From assembly GCA_049967475.1 (NCBI GenBank), contig JBMFSQ010000001.1, positions 150,600-214,599 on the forward strand: DNA of 64,000 bases, in the 5' to 3' direction. Origin of the DNA: Chthonomonadales bacterium. Its GTDB lineage: Bacteria > Armatimonadota > Chthonomonadetes > Chthonomonadales > CAJBBX01. Numbering within the stretch: position 1 is the first letter of the stretch; each line of letters begins with the position of its first letter. Of this stretch, positions 55,818 to 64,000 are shown in pieces. The position numbers were made by a program, and so were the translations under genes. Below the pieces are notes generated by a model. The model worked only from the letters and a program-made list of their open reading frames with translations. It did not search any database and was not told the origin of the DNA.

Positions 55818-56752
55818 CCGAAGCGCGGGTTGCAAAGGTGAAGCCGGCCCGTTTGGAGCCCGGCATGCGCTTGGGAGTAGTTGCTCCATCCAGCTCTGTG
55901 CGCGACGGGCGCTTGCAAGCGGCGCTGGATCTGCTGGAGGCGGCCGGGTACCAAACCATCCTTGGCGATCACCTCTACGACCGCTACGGGTATCTGGCGG
56001 GGACGGATGCAGCCAGGGCAGCAGACCTCAACTCCATGTTCGCCCGAAAGGATGTGGACGGCATTCTTTGCGCGCGCGGCGGGTACGGCTCGTGGCGCGT
56101 CCTGGATCTGGTGGATTGGGACACGGTGCGCGCAAACCCGAAGGTCTTCATCGGATACAGCGACATAACCCTCCTTCACCTGGCCATGGAGCGCCGAGCC
56201 AACCTCGTAACATTCCACGGCCCCATGGCGATTACGATCGGCAAAGGCCTGGACCCATCAACGTTCGAGCAGTTTTTGGCTGTGGTGTCCCGTCCTGTTC
56301 CGGCAGGAACGCTCCCATGGGATGGTGTGGGCAAGTTGGTGGGGGGCCGGGCTGCAGGACCCCTTGCCGGCGGATGCCTCTCACTCCTCGCTGCGGCAGT
56401 GGGCACTCCAGATGCGCCGGACTTCCGAGGGTGCATCGTGCTCCTAGAGGATGTAGGAGAAAGCCTGCCTCACGTAGACCGGCACCTCTGCCAACTTGCC
56501 CGGAGCGGCTGTTTCCGCCAGGCGGCCGGCTTCGTCATCGGTACCGTTACGGGCGCTAGGCAGGAAGGAGCAGACGGCGCGATTACGCTTGAGGATCTAT
56601 GGCAAAGGTACATCGTACCCCTAGGCAAACCGGCTGTGTGGGGCTTTCGTTTTGGCCACGTGGAGAACCCTCTTACCCTGCCTCTAGGATGCTTGGCAGA
56701 ATTGGATGCCGACGCCGGGAGGCTCTCGATACTGGAAGCGGCGGTAGTATGA
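55814..56752 (+). CDS. LD-carboxypeptidase (peptidase S66)
   Basis: VVAPSS, RGGYG, GYSDIT, LEDVGE, FGH. Confidence 0.93.
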   Translation: MTEARVAKVKPARLEPGMRLGVVAPSSSVRDGRLQAALDLLEAAGYQTILGDHLYDRYGYLAGTDAARAADLNSMFARKDVDGILCARGGYGSWRVLDLVDWDTVRANPKVFIGYSDITLLHLAMERRANLVTFHGPMAITIGKGLDPSTFEQFLAVVSRPVPAGTLPWDGVGKLVGGRAAGPLAGGCLSLLAAAVGTPDAPDFRGCIVLLEDVGESLPHVDRHLCQLARSGCFRQAAGFVIGTVTGARQEGADGAITLEDLWQRYIVPLGKPAVWGFRFGHVENPLTLPLGCLAELDADAGRLSILEAAVV

Positions 56753-56760
56753 TGCGGCCC

Positions 56761-57807
56761 CTAACCGCTTCCGGGGATCGCAATCACCTGATGCTCTATT
56801 GCAGACCGGTAGGCTGCTTCAAGCACCTCGGTTACATGGGCGCCGTGGGAGCATGGCGAGAACAGTTCGCTTCTGCCGCGGATGGCGTCAATCAGGTTGG
56901 CGACGGGCCCGGGCACAGCCGGCAACTCGGCTTCGGCGAAGACCTCGGGTTCGGCATCCCGGCGTACCAGCGTGGTGCGGAACTCGAAGCCTTCCACCGA
57001 AAGCGTGCCGAGGGTTCCGGCGAAGGTGTTGCACACGCGCCGCGTGGGATAGCGGCTGTCTCCAACGGAGCAAACGGCGGCCACTGAGCCATTCTCCAGA
57101 GTGATTGCCAGTGACGCACGGCGGTCTTGGGGTACCGTGTCCATGGTGCAGGCGACGCGGGTGGCGCGCAGTCCCGTTACCCAAAGCACTTCCGAGATGA
57201 GGTGAGGGCCGCCGTCCATGAGGTAGCCGCCGCCGCTGAGCGCGGGGTCTGCGCGGAAAAGGGTCGGCGGGACGACACCCGGCAGATCGGCGGGCTTGGG
57301 GGCCCTGCCGAATACGTAGTCGGCGTTGCCGGTCCAAAACATTTGGATGGCCTCGATTTCACCTACGCGTCCTTGGCGCACCAGTGCGCGCATCCGGTGG
57401 CAATGGGCCCAATAGGGTGGGTTGAGGGCCACGGCAAGATGGACGTTACGGTGGGCGGCTTGGCTGCACAGGTGCCGGGCTTGGGCGCTGGTGAGCGTCA
57501 TAGGCTTTTCGAGAAGCACATGGAGGCCGGCTTCTACGGCGGCAAGGGCCTGTTCGTAGTGCTGAGCAGGCGGAGTGGCGATTACGACGGCGTCCAGGGA
57601 GCGCTGCGCGAGCATCTCCTGCCAATCGGTGAATGTGGCCGCAGGTTGGAAGTGTTCCGCCAGGCGCTCGAGTGCCGATCGGTCCCTGCGGCAAAGGGCA
57701 TCCAATGCGGCTTCCGGATGGCTGCGGATGTCGGGTATGTGCCGGCGCGAAGCGAACCATCCTGCGCCGATCACCCCAAACCTTATCGGAGGTTTCTCTG
57801 CGATCAT
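56761..57807 (-). CDS. Gfo/Idh/MocA-family oxidoreductase
   Basis: GVIGAG, HVLLEKPM, GGGYLMDGGPH. Confidence 0.92.
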   Translation of the reverse strand: MIAEKPPIRFGVIGAGWFASRRHIPDIRSHPEAALDALCRRDRSALERLAEHFQPAATFTDWQEMLAQRSLDAVVIATPPAQHYEQALAAVEAGLHVLLEKPMTLTSAQARHLCSQAAHRNVHLAVALNPPYWAHCHRMRALVRQGRVGEIEAIQMFWTGNADYVFGRAPKPADLPGVVPPTLFRADPALSGGGYLMDGGPHLISEVLWVTGLRATRVACTMDTVPQDRRASLAITLENGSVAAVCSVGDSRYPTRRVCNTFAGTLGTLSVEGFEFRTTLVRRDAEPEVFAEAELPAVPGPVANLIDAIRGRSELFSPCSHGAHVTEVLEAAYRSAIEHQVIAIPGSG

Positions 57808-57962
57808 GCTCCTGTTACACCTGGTTTGCGATTAGGCCGCAAGGCACAGTGCTTCCGCGCGGTTTCCGTATCTCGTCGTGAGCGCCATGGTTGCGCCCGG
57901 TAGTTGCTGCGGCTTCAATCGCCGGGCTCCACGGCGCATTCGGCTGAAACCTTATGTGCCGG

Positions 57963-58769
57963 TCATCCCACCCTGGGTTCCCATGTTACGCGCCACAACG
58001 AGAAGACGGCGTCACACGTCTCTACGTCGTCTAGAGAGTCCGCCAGTAATCGGGTACGCCGCTCCAGTTCGGCCACCAGTTCCTGGTGCTGCTGCGGCGG
58101 CACATGCCAGAGACGCGAATACGGATTTCGGCGCGCCAATTGCAAGACTTCTCCTGTTGTCATGGCGATTGTCCAGTGAATGGTTCCACCGTCTATTTGC
58201 TGCACGGAGGCGCCTGTGGAGGCCAAGTATTCCAGAGCAACGGCCACCGATGGGGCTCCGACGTGCGGCCGAGCGAGTCCCCGTTCCTCGGCGAGCTTGA
58301 AATAAAGCTCCCGAGTGGGGAGATTATGTCCTCCTTCTGCTCCCAGATAAAGGCTCGCGCCCGGTACCAGGATGCGGCGCACCTCATTCAGGACGTGCTG
58401 CCAGTCGGCGATGAGGTGGAGCACGTGCACCATGAGGCACCCGCCCACCGAAGCCGTTGCGATAGGGATGTGCCGGATGTCGGCGCGCGCGAGAAGGGCC
58501 CGGGGGCAACTTTGTTGGGCCTTTTGGAGCATGGCGTAGGAGATATCCAGCCCGATCAGGGTGAGGCCGGTTCTGCAGAGTGGGCCAGCAAAGCGGCCCG
58601 TACCGACGCCGGCTTCCACGAATGGGAGTGCTGCGCGTCGGCCCAAATCCTTCCGAATGATGTTGGCGATGGCGGCCAGATGTTCGGGCGGGATGCGCCG
58701 TGTTTCATCGTAAAAGCTCGCCGCTCGGTCGAAGCTGATATATGCGGGTGTGTGGGCGCTTCCGGTCAC
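57963..58769 (-). CDS. Class I SAM-dependent methyltransferase
   Basis: SFDRAASFYDETR, EAGVGTGR, GLDIS, HVLHL, RILVPG. Confidence 0.9.
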   Translation of the reverse strand: MTGSAHTPAYISFDRAASFYDETRRIPPEHLAAIANIIRKDLGRRAALPFVEAGVGTGRFAGPLCRTGLTLIGLDISYAMLQKAQQSCPRALLARADIRHIPIATASVGGCLMVHVLHLIADWQHVLNEVRRILVPGASLYLGAEGGHNLPTRELYFKLAEERGLARPHVGAPSVAVALEYLASTGASVQQIDGGTIHWTIAMTTGEVLQLARRNPYSRLWHVPPQQHQELVAELERRTRLLADSLDDVETCDAVFSLWRVTWEPRVG

Positions 58770-58813
58770 GACGGCTTACTCCGTTCTTCGCGTGTGCACA
58801 TCAACGAGTTCAG

Positions 58814-58841
58814 ATTCGTCGAGGGCAGCCTTCAATCCTTC
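58814..58841 (-). promoter_or_regulatory. Sigma-H-like promoter motif overlapping the symporter stop codon
   Basis: GAAGGA-N18-GAAT, 44 nt upstream of GTG 58769. Confidence 0.5.
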
Positions 58842-60292
58842 CGTCCGCCGTTGGAGGGGGATTTCACAGCAACCCGGCCCCGTACCCGCTCGATGGACCG
58901 GGCTGCCAGGTATACGGCGGCGGAGGCCAGCAATCCCGGGTACATTGGTTGCAAGTGGAAGGGGAAGTCTTCCGTTGCCGCCTGCAACCCGTGACGCCCC
59001 AGCCAGCCTGCCAGCAGGCAGATTGCTGCGGTTCCGCCGCCGGCCAGCATGCATGCGAAGGTCCCCTCTGCAGACGCTTGCCAACGCGGCGCGTAGCCGG
59101 CCAAAACTGCAATCAACATTCCGGGCACGCAAACGGTGCCGATGGCGTACCATTGCCTCACTACGGAGGGAACAGCCAATGCGATGGCGATGCCGAGCAC
59201 GGTTGTAACGACGAGGCCCCATCGCGTGTAGACGGGTACGCTCTCGTTAGTGGCGTCCTCGCGAAGCCTCCACACGAAGTCACGCCCCACCGTCATGGCG
59301 CCAATGAACGTGTAAGACACCACCGTGGACATGACTGTTGCGAGCATGCCCAAATAGAAAAGGCCCTTGATGCCGGAAGGCAGGGCAATCTCCGCCAGTA
59401 GCGGGTACGCCATGTCGTGAGAAGTGCCCGGCGGCATCACAGGCAGCGCCGCTCGGGCATAGAGGCCCGTTGTAGTCGTGAGGAAGTCGAAGGCAGCCCA
59501 GCACACGATGGCAGCGAGGATGCCAGTCCGAGCCACGGACGGGGTGCGGGCGGCGTAGCAGCGTTGGTGGAAACCGGGGTCCACGAGGGTCCACACGGCG
59601 ATAAAAAACCAAACGAGGATGAAGCCGAGATCCTGACCTCCGTCCAGCCGCAAATGGGTGGGAGGCACGTGAGCGGCAAGCCAGTGAAAGCCGCCCAGCC
59701 GGTGAATGAGGACGGGAAGCGCCGCTGCGAAGCCGCCGAACATGAGGAGAAACTGGAACACATTGATGCGGACGTCGCTTTCGAATCCCCCCGCATAAAC
59801 ATACGCTACAGAGAAAAGAGTTCCAACGAGGATGGCGGGCAATTCCGGCCAGCCGAAGGCGATTTGCACGAGCCGGCCTACCATGAGGATGTAGGGGGCG
59901 GGGGTGATCATGATGAAGGCATAAACCGCGCCGAGGAGCGCTGCCGGGCGGCCGTAAGTGCGGTGGAGTTTATCGGGGATGGTATAGAGGCTGGCTTCGC
60001 GGACCCTGGTGGCGAGGAATAAAGCGAACACCAGAGCGAATACATAATAGGGGAGCCCCTGGGTAGTCCAGTTGGCGATGCCGTAATCGTAGGTGAACTC
60101 CCCCGATGCAAGGATGCCGCCGTACCACGTCGCCACGAGGGTCGCTACGAATACCGGCAGGCTCAGGCGGCGGGCTGCGATCAGATACTCCTCCGTTCCC
60201 CGCCGGCGCTTCCAGAAGCCCACAATCACGGTGGCGATGAAGTAGGTTGCCAAAATCGCTCCGTCCAAAGCTGAGAAGTGCGCCCGGATCAT
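58832..60292 (-). CDS. Sodium:solute symporter (SSS), probable thiamine or thiamine-precursor transporter
   Basis: EEYLIAARRL, ATWYGG, DPGFHQRCYAA, LATVMSTV; ATGA overlap with thiN; lies downstream of a TPP riboswitch. Confidence 0.88.
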   Translation of the reverse strand: MIRAHFSALDGAILATYFIATVIVGFWKRRRGTEEYLIAARRLSLPVFVATLVATWYGGILASGEFTYDYGIANWTTQGLPYYVFALVFALFLATRVREASLYTIPDKLHRTYGRPAALLGAVYAFIMITPAPYILMVGRLVQIAFGWPELPAILVGTLFSVAYVYAGGFESDVRINVFQFLLMFGGFAAALPVLIHRLGGFHWLAAHVPPTHLRLDGGQDLGFILVWFFIAVWTLVDPGFHQRCYAARTPSVARTGILAAIVCWAAFDFLTTTTGLYARAALPVMPPGTSHDMAYPLLAEIALPSGIKGLFYLGMLATVMSTVVSYTFIGAMTVGRDFVWRLREDATNESVPVYTRWGLVVTTVLGIAIALAVPSVVRQWYAIGTVCVPGMLIAVLAGYAPRWQASAEGTFACMLAGGGTAAICLLAGWLGRHGLQAATEDFPFHLQPMYPGLLASAAVYLAARSIERVRGRVAVKSPSNGGRKD

Positions 60293-60924
60293 GAGCGCCC
60301 GTCCCCGGTAACTCGGTGTAGGTGGAGGGCCAACAAGGTTCCCTGGGCCACGCGGATGCGGGCAGCCGGTTCCGTGAATTCGTTGCTTACCCCGCGGGAG
60401 CCTGGGGAAAGGGACTCACCGTCGAGAGCCCAGCGCACCCCGGTTAGGGTTACGCCTTTCGCCGGAGCGAAGAGAATGAGCGAGAGGGTGTCTCCGGGCG
60501 TTCCCTCGACCGTGGCTTCACCGACGACTGCGCGAGCGTCACCCCAATCCTCGACAATGCGGATGGGTTCCCCTGCGTACTTTACGAGGATGCTCATATT
60601 GGTGAGGGTGTGGTCCAACCGCCGGCCCGTAGCGCCGGTGATCGTGACGGTTTGGGCGCCGCGTTGAAGCGCCCACACCACGGCCTTTTCAAGGTCTGAG
60701 GCATTCTGGTCAGGCGCAGGCTTCAGGATGGACGGATCCATCTGCTCGAGGATCTCGCTCGAGAGTGAGTCGAAGTCCCCCATGACTACGTCGGCGCCGG
60801 ATCCCAGGCTGCGCAGAACCTCCGCGGCTCCATCCGTGGCGATGGTCAGATCCGCTTGGGCGCGGAGGGTTTCGAGCAATCTGGCGGAAGGGGGGCTGCC
60901 GTTGGCTACGATGAGGATGCGAAT
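60289..60924 (-). CDS. thiN: Thiamine diphosphokinase (apparent ATT start)
   Basis: RILIVANG, ATDGA, GDFDS, DQNASDLEKA, GATGRRLDHTLTN, GVSNE; AAAGGAGG RBS 5 nt before ATT at 60924-60922. Confidence 0.92.
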   Translation of the reverse strand: MRILIVANGSPPSARLLETLRAQADLTIATDGAAEVLRSLGSGADVVMGDFDSLSSEILEQMDPSILKPAPDQNASDLEKAVVWALQRGAQTVTITGATGRRLDHTLTNMSILVKYAGEPIRIVEDWGDARAVVGEATVEGTPGDTLSLILFAPAKGVTLTGVRWALDGESLSPGSRGVSNEFTEPAARIRVAQGTLLALHLHRVTGDGRS

Positions 60925-60947
60925 GGGTGCCTCCTTTTACCCGGTAG

Positions 60948-60986
60948 GGCGAGGCGCACGGGGTGTAACCCAATCTGCGCCTCGCC
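60948..60986 (-). other. Intergenic stem-loop without U-tract between the pilin-like gene and thiN
   Basis: Perfect 11-bp stem GGCGAGGCGCA/TGCGCCTCGCC with an inner GGGT/ACCC pairing. Confidence 0.7.
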
Positions 60987-60999
60987 GCGTGTCTTCGGC

Positions 61000-61743
61000 C
61001 TAGTCGCAGCCCCAATACCACATCTGCCCGGTGGCGGGGTTGATATCCCCGCTGCGCTGGCCGCCTGGGCAAACGACCTGGTTGTCAAAATCGGCGCTGC
61101 TCACGGTGAACTTGGCATGGCCATCGGCGAAGACCACGCCGCCACCGCGCGTATGCCACTGTTTATACCACGTAGGATAGTATCCGTATTTGTCCATGAC
61201 GAAGAAGGGGAACATCTCGTCTCGGATGATGCGCGTCTCTGCCGGGAGCAAGAAGCTGGCGTCCGTTACGATGGTGGTGTAATCGTAGGGGGTGTTGTTC
61301 TGGGTAGATTCGCCGGCGACGATTGTATAGCTCCCGGCATTGAAGCGATAGCTCGAGCCATAGCACATCTGGTAGCTGGACATACCCGGGCAGCCGTAGA
61401 ATGGATCGGCCAGGGCAGGGCCGCCCGTGTCATCAGGGCACTTGAAAAGATCCTTATTCTTGCCATAAGGCAGGATCTCCAGTTCCACCCCCTTGTGCCC
61501 AGGCTGGCCGGCCGGCGGCTGGCTATTGTAGGCATAGAAGATGGGCATGGTCTCGTCATAATCCTGCACGTACATGCGCACCTGCATGCCGATTTGGCGG
61601 GCGTTGGAGAGGCAGGTGACCTCGCGGGCTTTCTCACGGGCCTGGGCGAAGACGGGGAAGAGTATCGCTGCCAGGATCGCGATGATGGCGATCACTACGA
61701 GCAGCTCGATGAGTGTGAACGCACGTCGTATGGTGCGGAGCAT
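61000..61743 (-). CDS. Prepilin-type N-terminal cleavage/methylation protein with H-X9-DG motif (DUF1559-like)
   Basis: [65 protein letters not shown]-like sequence before ATG 61743. Confidence 0.93.
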   Translation of the reverse strand: MLRTIRRAFTLIELLVVIAIIAILAAILFPVFAQAREKAREVTCLSNARQIGMQVRMYVQDYDETMPIFYAYNSQPPAGQPGHKGVELEILPYGKNKDLFKCPDDTGGPALADPFYGCPGMSSYQMCYGSSYRFNAGSYTIVAGESTQNNTPYDYTTIVTDASFLLPAETRIIRDEMFPFFVMDKYGYYPTWYKQWHTRGGGVVFADGHAKFTVSSADFDNQVVCPGGQRSGDINPATGQMWYWGCD

Positions 61744-61857
61744 CCTCGGTCCTTCCTTTCCGGGGATGCCGGGGCGGCTTACTGGGCGCCCTCTTCGGAT
61801 GGGGAACGGTGCGCCTCTCGCTCTGTGAACGGAAGGCGGCGGTCCCAGAGCCCTCGT

Positions 61858-61902
61858 AAAAACGAAGCGCCGCAGCCCTTTGGATGGAAAGCTGCGGCGT
61901 TC
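61858..61902 (-). terminator. Intrinsic terminator forming the riboswitch expression platform
   Basis: CGCCGCAGC..GCTGCGGCG stem followed by CTTCGTTTTT on the minus strand. Confidence 0.85.
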
Positions 61903-61914
61903 TAGCCGGTGTGC

Positions 61915-62009
61915 AACGCTTCCCTCCGTCGGCATTATCCGAATCAGGTGGTCAGGGTTCTTCGAGCTACCTCGAAGTCTCAGCCGGTTTCCCAGCACCC
62001 CTAGCGGTT
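61915..62009 (-). ncRNA. TPP riboswitch (THI element)
   Basis: Minus strand reads AGGGGTGC..GCTGAGA..AACCC..ACCTGAT.CGGATAATGCCG.CGGAGGGA, matching the THI-box consensus; P1 CGCT/AGCG; TACAAT -10 at 62014-62019. Confidence 0.93.
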
Positions 62010-62060
62010 ACTGATTGTAAGGTGGTTCGATGTTAGTGTATCACGGCCGTCCAGCGGGTG

Positions 62061-62390
62061 TCAAGCAGTCAGGAGTTTTTCCAGCTTCCGGGCGATGACG
62101 CTCTTGGGTACGGCGCCGATGACCTGATCCGCCACCTGCCCATTCTTGAAGAAAAGCAAAGTGGGGATGGACATAATGCCGTATTTGCTGGCAATGTCAT
62201 ACTCCTGGTCGGTATCAACCTTTACCACCTTGACCTTGCCGGCATATTCTTCGGCAACCGCATCTACGTGGGGTGCGATCATCCTGCAGGGGCCGCACCA
62301 CACGGCCCAGAAGTCCACCAACACCGGGATAGGGGATTGCAGGACTTCTTTATCGAAATTCTCCGCGGTTACCGCCTGAGCCTTGCTCAT
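62061..62390 (-). CDS. trxA: Thioredoxin
   Basis: [19 protein letters not shown]. Confidence 0.96.
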   Translation of the reverse strand: MSKAQAVTAENFDKEVLQSPIPVLVDFWAVWCGPCRMIAPHVDAVAEEYAGKVKVVKVDTDQEYDIASKYGIMSIPTLLFFKNGQVADQVIGAVPKSVIARKLEKLLTA

Positions 62391-62437
62391 ATTCACTCCT
62401 CCGTTGTTCGCGTCGCAGCAGGCGAGCAGATGCGCCC

Positions 62438-62466
62438 GTTATACCTCGGCAATCTCATCGTGTCAA
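62438..62466 (-). promoter_or_regulatory. Sigma70-type promoter for trxA
   Basis: TTGACA-N17-TATAAC. Confidence 0.75.
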
Positions 62467-62583
62467 CACGGGGGCTCTAACGCACCTCTTTGCGGTGTTC
62501 GGGGGCAACGCCCCTCGATCTGTCGGACCCCCATTGCCTGCCGGTCAAGTCCCATTACGGCGGGTCCTTTCAGGGGGTTCCCG

Positions 62584-64000
62584 TCATTTTGCCCCCCAGG
62601 CTGCTCGAGCGAAGGCTTCCAGGTCCTCATAGCGCTGCAACCACGTGGTGTACATCACACCGTCTATTCCAGGCACGTTCTTGGCATCGTCGAGCCATTT
62701 GGCGATTGTGCCCGCATCCCTGTCGTAGTACCCTGCCAGGATCTGTTTATTCCCGCGGTTTGCGAAAAACGGCAGGCTCTTCTTCCGCCCGTCGAAGTTC
62801 CAGTTGACAATCCCCACGTCGGGAGACAGCCCCTCCCATGAGCCGGACCACGTGCCGTTGACCAGGTAATAGTCGTCATGTGCGTTGTGGCTAGGATCAA
62901 ACATGTCGCTCCACACGTAGATGCGCGCTCGAGGACTTACCGAACGGATGATCGCGACGCACCGACGCACGTTATCGGCCAGCATCTGGCCGGGCGTCAT
63001 GCGGCGGGCCTGGCAGGCAGCGCACCAGTTGGCGATGCGGATCTCGTCGTGGGACATCAGCACGGCTGTCGGGTGGAACAGGGCTTCTACGCGCCGCATT
63101 TGGTCCATCAGTACTTGGTAGACCTTGGGGTGTGTGAGGCAGCAGGTGGTCTGCATGTCATAGATGAAGGCGGGGTGGTAGAAGCTGACCAACAGGCGCT
63201 GGCCTTCGCGTATGCGGGATTGCGGACTAAGGACGATGGGCGAGGCCTCGTGGTAGAGTTCGAACTCGCCGGGCCACGGAACGTTGCCCATCTTGGGATC
63301 CCGCACGGGTTCAAAATCGCGCCCTTCGATGTATTGGGTGCCATCCTCGGCGCGTACCTTGAGCGGGCACCCTTCCCGGCGGATCACATTGACGAGCCCC
63401 AGTTCTTCGAGCCGCACATCGTCTATCCATAGGGTTCCGCCCTTGCCGCCCCACACGCCGATATAGAGGTTGGCTTGTGATGAGTCGAGGCTGTTGAAGG
63501 TTACTTGGTGCTCCCGCCAGTCCTGCGTGGACCGCACTCCCAGGTTCTGTTCGCAAAGGTTGCGCTTGCCGGCGAGCATAAGGATGCGCACCTCGCCGGG
63601 CGTTTGGAAGTCGGCTGTCTTCATCCACGCGGTAAGGCGATAGTAGCGGTGGGGCTTCAGCGTCACTTGCTGCATGATGCGGCCATGCCCATATTGGGGA
63701 TCGACTGTGCCTACGTTCTGGAAGCGCAGGGAGGCTCCACCGGAATGGCGCACCTCGCGATCTATGAAGCTGGCCTTACCGGGGAAATCCTGGAACTGCC
63801 AGCCCAGTGCCGTGGCCCCATTCGCCTCCTCGAACCCGCCGTTTCGGACGCCGATTGCCGGATCGGGTTCCAAAAACGCTTTGCCGTTGCGCACCCGAAA
63901 CGGCGCATCTACCACGGGAATGCCTTCAACGAGGTTCGGGTCGTGAGCTAGGATCCCCGAGCTGTAGCCTATGGGAAACACTGCAGGAACCAATTCCAAT
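62584..64000 (-). CDS. Putative glycoside hydrolase (GH20-like barrel with CBM4/9-like insert), 5' truncated by the window
   Basis: NGGFE..LWIDDVRLEE (CBM-like); LMSHDEIR, VWSDMF, GVMYTTW. Confidence 0.6.
   Translation of the reverse strand, partial: LELVPAVFPIGYSSGILAHDPNLVEGIPVVDAPFRVRNGKAFLEPDPAIGVRNGGFEEANGATALGWQFQDFPGKASFIDREVRHSGGASLRFQNVGTVDPQYGHGRIMQQVTLKPHRYYRLTAWMKTADFQTPGEVRILMLAGKRNLCEQNLGVRSTQDWREHQVTFNSLDSSQANLYIGVWGGKGGTLWIDDVRLEELGLVNVIRREGCPLKVRAEDGTQYIEGRDFEPVRDPKMGNVPWPGEFELYHEASPIVLSPQSRIREGQRLLVSFYHPAFIYDMQTTCCLTHPKVYQVLMDQMRRVEALFHPTAVLMSHDEIRIANWCAACQARRMTPGQMLADNVRRCVAIIRSVSPRARIYVWSDMFDPSHNAHDDYYLVNGTWSGSWEGLSPDVGIVNWNFDGRKKSLPFFANRGNKQILAGYYDRDAGTIAKWLDDAKNVPGIDGVMYTTWLQRYEDLEAFARAAWGAK

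Noticed and set aside
57963..58769. Methyltransferase as a member of the thiamine operon
   Set aside because: It has its own sigma-H-like promoter motif at 58814-58841 and no known role in thiamine salvage; read-through cannot be excluded
61744..61998. N-terminal extension of the prepilin ORF in the ORF track (start 61998)
   Set aside because: It runs through the TPP riboswitch and terminator; the prepilin leader MLRTIRRAF starts at 61743

Overview
GC-rich, gene-dense bacterial chromosome segment with about 55 CDSs. The prepilin/H-X9-DG protein, exosortase cassette, DUF4838 protein and many secreted glycoside-hydrolase-like proteins suggest Armatimonadota (inference only). Housekeeping content: upp, murI, aspartate kinase, a partial ATP synthase operon (atpZ/I-B-E-F-F'-H-A), clpB with two hsp20 genes, dxr-rseP, aroF, ispE, glyS, murB, rplY and trxA. 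No rRNA, tRNA, CRISPR array or mobile element was seen. The best candidate for an undescribed system is at 58832-62019 (minus strand): a TPP riboswitch and intrinsic terminator directly control a type-IV-prepilin-like H-X9-DG protein, followed by a thiamine pyrophosphokinase that apparently starts at an ATT codon and a Na+:solute symporter. This implies a pilin-like protein acting in thiamine scavenging. Also notable: a recurring sigma-H-like promoter motif (AGG[A/G]-N18-GAAT) before at least five genes, a KimA-like/STAS-USP/TrkA potassium module without TrkH, a dedicated exosortase cassette with a VPLPP-CTERM target, and an apparently catalytically degenerate GH116. All family assignments come from motif recognition by eye; no database searches were run.
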